Positions 15,597-23,089 of a DNA stretch of 35,329 bases are shown piece by piece. Each line of letters begins with the position of its first letter. Position 1 is the stretch's first letter. The stretch lies in the IMG/VR virus record IMGVR_UViG_3300022917_000007; one strand, written 5' to 3'. Source of the DNA: a virus. Made by a program: the position numbers and the translations under genes. The notes under the pieces were generated by a model. It was given only the letters and a program-made list of their open reading frames with translations, was not told the origin of the DNA and ran no database searches.

Positions 15597-16208
15597 TTAG
15601 TCGTCTCCGGGGTTCCAGGCAAGCCATTCGGTGAGCAGCTTGACCCCTACCTTGCGGGGGAAGTTGCCGGGAGCCCACGCTGTGCAGCCCGCAGTTCGCC
15701 ACGTAGCGTTAGGACTCCGATCCCATTGCGCGAACGCTCGCAGGCGGTCCCGCCTCAGCACGAGCGCGCTTGTTTCGGTCCCGTCCCACGCCACCCAATA
15801 CCAGGGGTCGACCGACCAGCCTGCGTCGGCCGCCTTCGCCCCCAAGCGCATAGCGCCAGGCGCGATCTCGCTCAGCGCGATCGTGAAACGCGCCGGAACG
15901 AGGGGTCGAGTGTCCGGCTCGGGTACCGCCTCCGCGGGCTGAGCGGGCCGTGGAGGCGCAAACTGCCCCCGCCGCAGGGTCGGCAGCAGCCCGGCCGCCG
16001 TGCGTGGCTTTCCGGGGCACACAGCGAGCTGTTTGCCGTCCCACGTCAACGGCTCACCCCCGGGCGTCCACGCGATGATCTCGGGCGCCGGCGCGACCGC
16101 AACCGCAAGATGCTCGGTCGGCAGCCGACCGCAGGCGCACAGCGGGCACTTCCCGGACGCGTCGTGCACGTCCCGGAAGTACCCGCACGTGCCGCAGCGC
16201 GGAATCAC
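15597..16208 (-). CDS. Hypothetical protein with an N-terminal Zn-ribbon-like Cys cluster
   Basis: 203-aa ORF. GTG 16208-16206 overlaps the upstream TGA (GTGA). N terminus CGTCGY...CPLCAC. Confidence 0.75.
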   Translation of the reverse strand: MIPRCGTCGYFRDVHDASGKCPLCACGRLPTEHLAVAVAPAPEIIAWTPGGEPLTWDGKQLAVCPGKPRTAAGLLPTLRRGQFAPPRPAQPAEAVPEPDTRPLVPARFTIALSEIAPGAMRLGAKAADAGWSVDPWYWVAWDGTETSALVLRRDRLRAFAQWDRSPNATWRTAGCTAWAPGNFPRKVGVKLLTEWLAWNPGDD

Positions 16209-16591
16209 GGCCGGACGAGCCGAACCGCATATTCGAGCAGGGCTTCGTCGTGGTCGGCCTCGATGGCAGCGAACACATCGTCAGCCGTAATCGCTGCGAG
16301 CTTGTCGAGCCCGTGACGCTCCCACCACGCCCGTACCCGGTCAGGTCGATGCGTAGCCGCTGACGCGAACTTGATCAACAGCTGGTCGGACAGCGCCTGC
16401 GCAATGGCCGCCTTGAGCGTGCGCAGCTCGCCGCCGACGCTGGCCGGGAAATTGAATCCGTCGATCTTCCGATACGCCCGAAAGACTCGGCGCGACGTGC
16501 CGGCCTTGACATAGCCGATGATCGTGTACCCGTCGGCGGCGTAGACGGTCTCGCCGGGCTGCGGGCTGGTGATTCGACGGAAGTTCAGCAT
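16205..16591 (-). CDS. Hypothetical protein
   Basis: 128 aa from internal ATG 16591-16589 (MLNFRRITS...), preceded by GAAAGGA. The longer track ORF would run through the conserved promoter-like element and the helicase stop. Confidence 0.7.
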   Translation of the reverse strand: MLNFRRITSPQPGETVYAADGYTIIGYVKAGTSRRVFRAYRKIDGFNFPASVGGELRTLKAAIAQALSDQLLIKFASAATHRPDRVRAWWERHGLDKLAAITADDVFAAIEADHDEALLEYAVRLVRP

Positions 16592-16628
16592 GTCCGGATC
16601 CTTTCTCGTGCTCGCTTCGTTGTGCACT

Positions 16629-16651
16629 AATCCTAACATGCCACCTAATAG
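16629..16651 (-). promoter_or_regulatory. Copy C of the conserved 23-bp element (candidate promoter/operator)
   Basis: Minus strand reads CTATTAGGTGGCATGTTAGGATT. TGTTAGGAT resembles an extended -10, about 38 nt upstream of ATG 16591. The first half contains the helicase TAG stop. Confidence 0.5.
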
Positions 16652-18324
16652 GTTGTCCAGTACCCGGCCGGCGTCACCGTGGCGACCTCGGGCAGCACGT
16701 CGATCGCGGCCAGCGCCCATCGGGCATCCTGCTGCTCAGCCAGCTGACCGCTCGTGCGCGGAGCGAGGTCGCCGCCCACTGCCTCGCCGCGGTAGATCGC
16801 GGCCACGCGCTCAGCTCGCGTGAGCTTCTTGACGCGCCAGCTGGCCGAGCGGTCGAGCGAAATGCTGGCCCGGGCGCGCGCCGCCTTGTCGCCCCACGCC
16901 ATCGCGGCCGACAGGTCGCACGACGGGTGCACGAGCTCGCCATCCGTCCAACGCACGTCGTAGCGGTCCACGTCGGCCGCCGGCGCCAGAAACACGGCCC
17001 GGCCATCGCCCGCGGGCAGGAACCACACGCCGCGCGGCGAGCGCTGCCACGCCGTGTGCGATGCCGAGAACAGGTCGATCAGCTCGTGCGTGAGCGGGCC
17101 GTCCGCTCCGGTCGGTTCGGGCTCGGCGTCAGCCATACGCCGTTCGGACGGTTCGGCGTCGGGCTCGTCGAGCTCGTATTCGAGCAGGTCATCGTCAAGC
17201 TCGGGCTCGGGCACGACGCCCTCAAGATCGACGATCGAGCGCAGTCGGTGCCGCGACGTCGCGCCGACCACGTCGAGCACGAGGCAGTCGCTCTGACCGG
17301 GGTACGTCCGCAGCCCGCGGCCGGCCATCTGCGCGAAGAGCACCTCGCTGGACGTCGGCCGCCCGAGGATGACCATGTCCCAGATCGGCACGTTGGTGCC
17401 CTCGGTGAAGAGTCCGACGTTGCACACCACGTCGTACTCCCCGAGCCGGGCGCGTCGGATGATCTCCTTCCGGACCGCCTTCGGCGTGTCGGCGTCGACG
17501 TGGATCGAGCGCAGGCCGTGCTCGGCGAACACGCGCGCCTGCTCTTTCGAGAGCTCGACGCTCGGCAGGAACGCGACCCCGTGCCGGCCGCGCCCGTGTT
17601 CGAGCACGGCCCGGGCGACGGCCGCCGGCGCGAGCGCGTCGCTCATGGCCTGCGCAACCGCCCGGTCATCGAGCCCGCTCTCGGACGTCCGCGAGGTGCG
17701 CACGCGCGACAGGTCGAGCCCTTCGATCTTGACGCGGATCCCCCGCGGGGGCAGCAGGTACCCGTCGCGGATCAGCTCGTTGAGCGTGACGATCTCGGCC
17801 GGCTCGCCATCGAACGTCTCCCCGAGCGACAGCCCGTCAGCCCGGCCGAGCGTGGCCGTGACGCCAAGCAGCAGCGGGCCGTGATCGGTGAAGACACCGA
17901 GCTCGCGCAAGATCGTCTGATAGCTGGCAGCCGCGATGTGATGGCACTCGTCGACGATCACGAGCCCGGGCCGGCGCCCGTTCAACAGCCCGAGCGCCCC
18001 CGGCTTCACCGCGGTAGCGACGCTCGCCACGATGACCGCCCGGTCCACCTCGCGGCGACCGCCCTGCAGCACTCCCACGCTCAACCCGGACGATGCGCCG
18101 AGCAACTCCTGCTCGGCTTGCTCGACGAGCTCGGTACGGTGCGCCAACACGACGGCCGGCGCCCCCGCGGCCACGCAGTCGATCGAGACCTTCGAGAACA
18201 CGAACGTCTTCCCGCCGCCGGTCGGGATCACGATCGGCACGCGCCGGCGCCCCTCGCCAAACGCGGCATACGTCTTGTCGATCACACGTTGCTGATACGG
18301 CCGGAGCGGCAGCGTCTCCGCCAT
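16645..18324 (-). CDS. SF2 DEAD/DEAH-box helicase
   Basis: 559 aa from ATG 18324-18322, which overlaps the upstream TGA (ATGA). Motifs PTGGGKTF (I), VIVDECHH (II), VTAT (III) and QMAGRGLR (VI), plus a ~150-aa C-terminal extension. Confidence 0.9.
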   Translation of the reverse strand: MAETLPLRPYQQRVIDKTYAAFGEGRRRVPIVIPTGGGKTFVFSKVSIDCVAAGAPAVVLAHRTELVEQAEQELLGASSGLSVGVLQGGRREVDRAVIVASVATAVKPGALGLLNGRRPGLVIVDECHHIAAASYQTILRELGVFTDHGPLLLGVTATLGRADGLSLGETFDGEPAEIVTLNELIRDGYLLPPRGIRVKIEGLDLSRVRTSRTSESGLDDRAVAQAMSDALAPAAVARAVLEHGRGRHGVAFLPSVELSKEQARVFAEHGLRSIHVDADTPKAVRKEIIRRARLGEYDVVCNVGLFTEGTNVPIWDMVILGRPTSSEVLFAQMAGRGLRTYPGQSDCLVLDVVGATSRHRLRSIVDLEGVVPEPELDDDLLEYELDEPDAEPSERRMADAEPEPTGADGPLTHELIDLFSASHTAWQRSPRGVWFLPAGDGRAVFLAPAADVDRYDVRWTDGELVHPSCDLSAAMAWGDKAARARASISLDRSASWRVKKLTRAERVAAIYRGEAVGGDLAPRTSGQLAEQQDARWALAAIDVLPEVATVTPAGYWTTY

Positions 18325-18713
18325 CACGAGAGATCCGGGAGCGGGTAGATCCGGACCGGTATGCCGGCGTCCGCGGCGTAGCGCACGCAGTGCCACGTGC
18401 CGACCGACCCGCGCCGTGGGAACGCGAGGCAAACATCGGCACCGCGATCAACCATCTGAACGTTGCGCATCACGCCGGCACGCTTCCCGTAGCGCTCCCA
18501 ATCTGCCGGGTACGACTCGGCATCGAGTCCGCCGGCCAGCGCCCAAAACGACGCAATCGTGTCCACGCCACGGGCGCCACCATGAACGATCGTCGAGCAC
18601 CGATGCGCACGAAATGCGTCGTCCTGCGCCTGCTCAAGCGCGGCCACCACGATCGATTCGGCAACGCCATCGATATCACGCGACCCTGTGACCAGAATCC
18701 GGACCGACCTCAT
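18324..18713 (-). CDS. DUF2493 / SLOG-family protein
   Basis: 129 aa from ATG 18713-18711 (ATGA overlap with the upstream stop). Pattern ILVTGSRD...IVHGGARGVDT...PADWERYGKRAGVMRN...DVCLAF...GT...GIPV matches DUF2493 as I recall it. Confidence 0.65.
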   Translation of the reverse strand: MRSVRILVTGSRDIDGVAESIVVAALEQAQDDAFRAHRCSTIVHGGARGVDTIASFWALAGGLDAESYPADWERYGKRAGVMRNVQMVDRGADVCLAFPRRGSVGTWHCVRYAADAGIPVRIYPLPDLS

Positions 18714-19030
18714 CAGTACTTCCGATCCTGGCCCGGCTTGTGCCGCGGGTAACCGGCCCGTCCGGGCAGCCAGTCGGTCACGCGAGTGAGCCGCAGGCCG
18801 GCGTACGGCCGCCGGGCGCAGCACGCGCCGCACACCGGGTGCTCGCCAGCGCGACCGATCGCGTAGTTGCCCGTGCTCGAGCCGCATCCCTCACACAACG
18901 GCTGCTCGACCTTTTCCGGCTCCCCCGACGTCTTGCCCTCGAGCGCGTCGGCCAGCGCCGGCCAGATGGCGCGCACGGTCCGCTGCTTGCTCTGCCCCTC
19001 TGCCTCGCGCCAGACCTGTTTCGGATCCAC
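18713..19030 (-). CDS. Zn-ribbon-like hypothetical protein
   Basis: 105-aa ORF with GTG 19030-19028 after GGGAAAGGG. Contains CEGCGSS...HPVCGACC. Confidence 0.7.
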   Translation of the reverse strand: MDPKQVWREAEGQSKQRTVRAIWPALADALEGKTSGEPEKVEQPLCEGCGSSTGNYAIGRAGEHPVCGACCARRPYAGLRLTRVTDWLPGRAGYPRHKPGQDRKY

Positions 19031-19031
19031 G

Positions 19032-19148
19032 TCACATCACCCTTTCCCGTGCGGGCTCGAAACACCACGTGCAGGTGCGGATTCGCTTACGTGGCAAGCC
19101 GATCGGCTTGCGCCACCACCACCCACGGGTGCCGAAGATGGTCATCAT
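19032..19148 (-). CDS. Possible 38-aa basic Trp-rich micro-protein
   Basis: ATG ATG at 19148-19143, peptide MMTIFGTRGWWWRKPIGLPRKRIRTCTWCFEPARERVM. 31 of 38 codons end in G/C. The stop lies 1 nt before the next GTG. Contains the palindrome GCAAGCCGATCGGCTTGC (19094-19111). Confidence 0.35.
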   Translation of the reverse strand: MMTIFGTRGWWWRKPIGLPRKRIRTCTWCFEPARERVM

Positions 19149-19170
19149 CGCCGGGTGCTTCCGGCAGACC

Positions 19171-19593
19171 TCACACACCGCTCGGTTGCCTGACGATCTG
19201 GCAGTCCCCGAGCAGGCGCAGATATCGGTCGCCGCGCTGTACGACGAGCAGCAGATCACGATCGTCCCGCTTGATCTGCCCGCTCGCGATGATCGATTTC
19301 CCGGACGTCCCGAGATCGAGCCGTCGCGACCACCAGCAGTCGGTCACCCTGCTGCGCGCCCCGACCGCGTACACGCCCGGCGGCACCTGCTGCGGCACGC
19401 GGTACGTCCCGGCGCCCTGACGCATCATCGTCATCCCCGGCAGCTCCACCGGGACCGTCACGGTGACCGCAGGTGCCGGCGTGGCCGCCTTCGTGGCCGG
19501 CTCGCCGTGGATCTGCCAGCCGGCCACGAGCCCGACCCCCATCGCGATCATCCCGAGCAGCGACGCCAGCCACAACGTCATCCGTTCACGCAT
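19171..19593 (-). CDS. Membrane-anchored two-Cys extracytoplasmic domain protein (paralog of 23090..23554)
   Basis: 140-aa ORF. N-terminal TM (LWLASLLGMIAMGVGLVAGW), then GTYRV...VPPGVYAV...CWW...SIIASG...LLGDC, which aligns with the C-terminal domain of the 23090 protein. Confidence 0.75.
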   Translation of the reverse strand: MRERMTLWLASLLGMIAMGVGLVAGWQIHGEPATKAATPAPAVTVTVPVELPGMTMMRQGAGTYRVPQQVPPGVYAVGARSRVTDCWWSRRLDLGTSGKSIIASGQIKRDDRDLLLVVQRGDRYLRLLGDCQIVRQPSGV

Positions 19594-19912
19594 CGGTGTC
19601 GACCTCGATCCCGATAGCAGCCAGCGCGATCTCGATGGCCTCCCTGGTCGGACCGGGCATCGCGTGCTGGAACGCCCACGTCATCGTGTCGAGTTCGCGC
19701 AGGCTGACCCGCCGGGTGTGCTTCGACTTCTGGGCGATGCGGCGCTTCGTACGGACGCCCTCCGCGACGACGGCCAGCCCGATGCTGATCGCGTACAGGG
19801 CGCGGGTCAGTGTGCTCTCGCCGCGGTGGTTGAGGTACGCGTCCAGCGGCAGCGCCAGCGCCAGGAACACGAGCAGGCGTCCCAGCGCGCTATCGAAGAT
19901 TCGGTTGATCAT
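19586..19912 (-). CDS. Small membrane protein
   Basis: 108-aa ORF with ATG 19912-19910 after GGGAGA. Two hydrophobic segments (LLVFLALALPL, LYAISIGLAVVA). First gene after the AT-rich gap. Confidence 0.75.
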   Translation of the reverse strand: MINRIFDSALGRLLVFLALALPLDAYLNHRGESTLTRALYAISIGLAVVAEGVRTKRRIAQKSKHTRRVSLRELDTMTWAFQHAMPGPTREAIEIALAAIGIEVDTDA

Positions 19913-19948
19913 GGTCGTCTCCCTCGACTCTCGATCAGTGATGCCATG

Positions 19949-19977
19949 AGCCTATTAGGTCGGGTGTTAGGTGTCAA
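19949..19977 (-). promoter_or_regulatory. Canonical sigma-70-type promoter candidate: TTGACA-17 nt-TAGGCT
   Basis: Minus strand reads TTGACA (19977-19972), a 17-nt spacer, then TAGGCT (19954-19949). Lies ~36 nt upstream of ATG 19912 with GGGAGA in between. Confidence 0.6.
19952..19974 (+). promoter_or_regulatory. Copy B of the conserved 23-bp element, on the strand opposite to the flanking genes
   Basis: Plus strand reads CTATTAGGTCGGGTGTTAGGTGT. It overlaps the -35, the spacer and the -10 of the minus-strand promoter candidate. Confidence 0.5.
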
Positions 19978-20023
19978 GTTGGAAATCGTTTCCATTGTTA
20001 CTGTTAGTAATCAATCTCTAACC

Positions 20024-20109
20024 TGTACCGTGTGTACCAAGTTACTTTGTTCCTCCTCCTCACGTGTGTGTATAGCTGTGGAACAGATCTTCTTGGTACA
20101 CGCGGTACA
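20024..20109. repeat. 18-bp inverted repeat pair (17/18 match) carrying TGTACC iterons; candidate origin/operator
   Basis: tgtaccgtgtgtaccaag (20024-20041) against the reverse complement of cttggtacacgcggtaca (20092-20109). The 50-bp spacer has a TTCCTCCTCCTC tract. Lies inside a 205-bp AT-rich non-coding gap just 3' of the primase gene. Confidence 0.75.
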
Positions 20110-20117
20110 CGGTTTTG

Positions 20118-22673
20118 TTATCCCTGGTCAGACTCGGTGCCGGTAATAAATCGGACACCCCACCATGCCCACACGGCACCCGCGGTATTTTCGACCGGCG
20201 GGACGTATGGCGACTGCACGTGAGTGCCGTGTGACGGACGGTAGGATCGCGTCCAATCGGCCGTGATCCGGGCGCGGCGGTGACTTACCCGATTTGTCTT
20301 CGTTGTCGTGTGCTCGGCGAAGATCGGGGCGAACCGCCGCGCTGACCATTCGTGTTGATTCTGTGCCTGTAGGTAAGCGTTGAAGTCCGTCAGCATGTCG
20401 GTCGCGAGGATGAACGACCCCTCCGCCGGGCGCAGTCGCTCCGTCCAGAACCCCTCGATCGGGTCGCTCGCGGCCCGCCACGCCGCGGTGTCCACCTGCA
20501 CGCTCTCGGGCAGCGCCGGCATCCCGGACGCGTTCAGCTCCACCGCCCCCGCCACGAGCCACGCGAGCACGGCCTCACGCTGTCGCTGACCGTCTCGCAG
20601 GCGGTCGCGCAGGCTGGCGTCGCCCCGGCGGTCGTCCGGGCCGTCCAGCGGCTCGTGAGGCTTCCGGAAGCGGTAGGGGAAGCGCACGAGCGCCAACCGT
20701 CGCCACGTCCCGTGGTCGGTGTCGGTGACCAGCGGGATGGGGTTCGTGCTCAGGAAGAACGAGTGCGTCGCGTCGAACTCGACCGAGTCCTGACGCATGT
20801 ACCGCGCCTTGATCGTGGGCGTGCCGATGATGTCCTTCAACCTCTTGACGTTGACCCGCGCCTCGTCCGGCAGCTCCTCGGTCAGCGCGAACCGCGCGCC
20901 CCGGAAGTCCATCATTTCGGTAGGGTGCGCGCCGGCTTCCGCGAGCAGCACGCGGTCAGAGATGTACGTGCCGTACGTCCCGACCGCCTGCTTGATCGCA
21001 TTCAAGATCGTCGACTTCCCGTTCTCTCCCCCACCCTGCAAGATCAGCAGCAGATCATCAGGCGTCATCCGACCCGTGATCGACTGCCCGAACCGGAACC
21101 GCAGCCAGCTCGCGACGTCGTCACGAACCGCGCCGAGCGCAGCATCCCAATCCGGGTGCGTGGCGCCGGGGAGGTACGCAGTCCCCGTGATCTTGGTCAA
21201 GCGCATCGCGGGGTCGTGTGGCGCCAGCTCGCCCGTGCGCAGATCAACGATCCCGTTCGGGACGTTCAGTAGATCCGGGTGCGAGTCGAACGCGGACGCC
21301 TCCACCGCCAGCGCTCCGCGGCACAGCTGCGCGATCGCCTTGAGCCGGTAGGCGCTTTCTAGGCCTAGGAGTAGCCGAAAAGCTTCTTTGTCGGCGCGCA
21401 CGAACACGTTCGCGACCTGCACGTTGACGTACTGCGTCACCCATTGCCGGACCGTCTCGACGACGAGCTCTTCGCTCGTCCGGCGCCAGCGCTGCCCGTC
21501 CCAGCGAAACCACCCGAGCCCCTCCGCCCAGCAGTGCGAGCCGTGCAGCAGTTCGTCACAGAGCACCTGAGCGATCTTGGAATCGGTCAGGGTGTCAGCC
21601 TGCAACGGCTCATCGGGTTTTGGGGCCGGAATCACCACCGGGGGCGTGCCGGCCGGCAGCGCCACGAGCATGCTCTTGGGCGCGCACGCGCACAGCTGAC
21701 GCGGCGCCGGGTTGTCGGCCATGGCCAGCCCCACCGCCCCGGTCAGCAACCGCTCCCACTCCGCCTCGCGGCCCGGGCCAACCGCCTGCTCGAACGCGAC
21801 CCCGAGCGCCAGCAGCGCCTCGCCCGCGCCGGCGTGCCCCTCGCCCCCGTACGCGGCCAGCACGCGCGCGACGTCCCGGGCGACCTCGTGCCGGCCCTGC
21901 TCGCCCGCCTGCAGCTGGCGCCGCGCGGCGTCGAGCGCGGTCGCGACCCGCGGGCAGCCCGGCGCCGGGCGCAGCAGTTCCCACCACGCCGCGAGCGCGG
22001 CCGAGCTGGCGTCGACCTTCTCGGTCCGGTCGTACGAGAGCGCGAGACCGCGCACCCACGACATCGGCAGATCGGGCAAGTGCAGGACGTTGGGGATCAT
22101 GTCGGGCCACTCGTGCGGTCCGGGCTCGTCATCCGTGCCGCTCAGTCGCCAGCCGTACATCGCACCGTCCGCGTCCGGGTTGGTGCTCGGCCAGACGACC
22201 GCGTACCGGTGACCGTGCTGCACGAGTTCGATGCCCTTGCCTGCCTCGCCCGGCCAGTTGACCGGCCGGCCGTCGAGCTCGGTCGGCACGCGAAACCAGT
22301 AGATGCCCGACGGCGCCGGGCGGGCGCCGCTTACCCATGTGGCCGGGAGCGGGCCGTAGAGCTCGATCAGACGCTGCAGCTCAACGTCGCCCGTCTTGCG
22401 CTTGCCGTCCTTTTCGTACGCGTCGACGTCGAGCCCGAGCACGCCGGCCGGCGCCCGGAGACCGATATTGCGGCCGCCGTGCGTCTCGATCCACGCCTCG
22501 ATATCGGCCCCGGACGGATCCGGTTTGCCGTGGCCCGTGAACCCGTTTGGTGGTGGCGACTTGCGGCCCGGCTTGTCGCCGAGCGGCAGCACGCCGGCCC
22601 AGCCCGCGGCCCGGTACAAACGCGCAGCTCGTGCGTAAGGGCCGGTCACGGTAGTATCGCCGTCAAGCAGCAC
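20118..22673 (-). CDS. Bifunctional primase-polymerase / D5-P4-type SF3 helicase
   Basis: 851-aa ORF with GTG 22673-22671 after GGGGAGA. N-terminal prim-pol pattern (GWAGVLPLG...NIGLRAPAGVLGLDVDAY...HGHRYAVVWPS). C-terminal P4-family primase/helicase with Walker A GGGENGKST and LTEELPDE. Confidence 0.9.
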   Translation of the reverse strand: MLLDGDTTVTGPYARAARLYRAAGWAGVLPLGDKPGRKSPPPNGFTGHGKPDPSGADIEAWIETHGGRNIGLRAPAGVLGLDVDAYEKDGKRKTGDVELQRLIELYGPLPATWVSGARPAPSGIYWFRVPTELDGRPVNWPGEAGKGIELVQHGHRYAVVWPSTNPDADGAMYGWRLSGTDDEPGPHEWPDMIPNVLHLPDLPMSWVRGLALSYDRTEKVDASSAALAAWWELLRPAPGCPRVATALDAARRQLQAGEQGRHEVARDVARVLAAYGGEGHAGAGEALLALGVAFEQAVGPGREAEWERLLTGAVGLAMADNPAPRQLCACAPKSMLVALPAGTPPVVIPAPKPDEPLQADTLTDSKIAQVLCDELLHGSHCWAEGLGWFRWDGQRWRRTSEELVVETVRQWVTQYVNVQVANVFVRADKEAFRLLLGLESAYRLKAIAQLCRGALAVEASAFDSHPDLLNVPNGIVDLRTGELAPHDPAMRLTKITGTAYLPGATHPDWDAALGAVRDDVASWLRFRFGQSITGRMTPDDLLLILQGGGENGKSTILNAIKQAVGTYGTYISDRVLLAEAGAHPTEMMDFRGARFALTEELPDEARVNVKRLKDIIGTPTIKARYMRQDSVEFDATHSFFLSTNPIPLVTDTDHGTWRRLALVRFPYRFRKPHEPLDGPDDRRGDASLRDRLRDGQRQREAVLAWLVAGAVELNASGMPALPESVQVDTAAWRAASDPIEGFWTERLRPAEGSFILATDMLTDFNAYLQAQNQHEWSARRFAPIFAEHTTTKTNRVSHRRARITADWTRSYRPSHGTHVQSPYVPPVENTAGAVWAWWGVRFITGTESDQG

Positions 22674-22760
22674 GGTGGATCTCCCCTATCTCGCTGCGCG
22701 CAGGGTGTCCCGGGTGACCGGTGGCGCCCTGCGTCATTTTCAGTTGTTGGGCGCTCGACA

Positions 22761-23027
22761 CTACGCGCCCGCGGACGTCCGGCGAACGAGCTCGGCGCGG
22801 CCGATTTCGAGGCGTAGCTCGTACTCGTTCGGGTATCGATCGGCGTACGTTCCGATGGCGTCCTCGAGCAGGTTGCGCGCCACGGCTGCTTCGCTGCGGG
22901 CCGCATCGCGGATCTTCGATCCGAGCAGGAACGCTCGGGTTTCCTCGGTCATCAGCACGTTGACGTGCTCGGTGAACAGGGCGGGCTCGGCGGCCGGCGC
23001 GACGCGCGCCGTGGTCTCGTTGGTCAT
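22761..23027 (-). CDS. Ribbon-helix-helix-like small regulator candidate
   Basis: 88 aa from ATG 23027-23025, 6 nt after a TGTTAGGTT element (leaderless geometry). HVNVLMTEETRAFLLG ... SEAAVARNLLEDAI fits a strand-helix-helix layout. First gene of the minus-strand series. Confidence 0.45.
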   Translation of the reverse strand: MTNETTARVAPAAEPALFTEHVNVLMTEETRAFLLGSKIRDAARSEAAVARNLLEDAIGTYADRYPNEYELRLEIGRAELVRRTSAGA

Positions 23028-23033
23028 GGTCAC

Positions 23034-23042
23034 AACCTAACA
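23034..23042 (-). promoter_or_regulatory. Extended -10-like element TGTTAGGTT for a leaderless RHH-gene transcript
   Basis: Minus strand reads C-TGTTAGGTT-GTGACC-ATG. The -10 end lies 6 nt from the ATG, so the predicted start site is at or next to the A of ATG. Confidence 0.5.
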
Positions 23043-23060
23043 GGTCACCTCGCTTGCGCG

Positions 23061-23083
23061 CTATTAGGTCGTATGTTAGGTTC
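23061..23083 (+). promoter_or_regulatory. Copy A of the conserved 23-bp element; leaderless promoter candidate for the plus-strand operon
   Basis: CTATTAGGTCGTATGTTAGGTTC. TAGGTT (23077-23082) is followed by 7 nt and then ATG 23090. Confidence 0.55.
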
Positions 23084-23089
23084 ATCGGC

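Noticed and set aside
19094-19111. Perfect 18-bp palindrome GCAAGCCGATCGGCTTGC as a terminator after gene 19171..19593
   Set aside because: There is no U-tract. It lies inside a frame with good coding statistics (micro-ORF 19032..19148), and the downstream genes appear to be co-transcribed. It is kept only as a note in that feature.
20032-20223. 63-aa plus-strand ORF inside the AT-rich gap and the primase 3' end
   Set aside because: Low third-position G/C and no RBS. It runs antisense into the primase gene. The region is better explained as regulatory or ori DNA.
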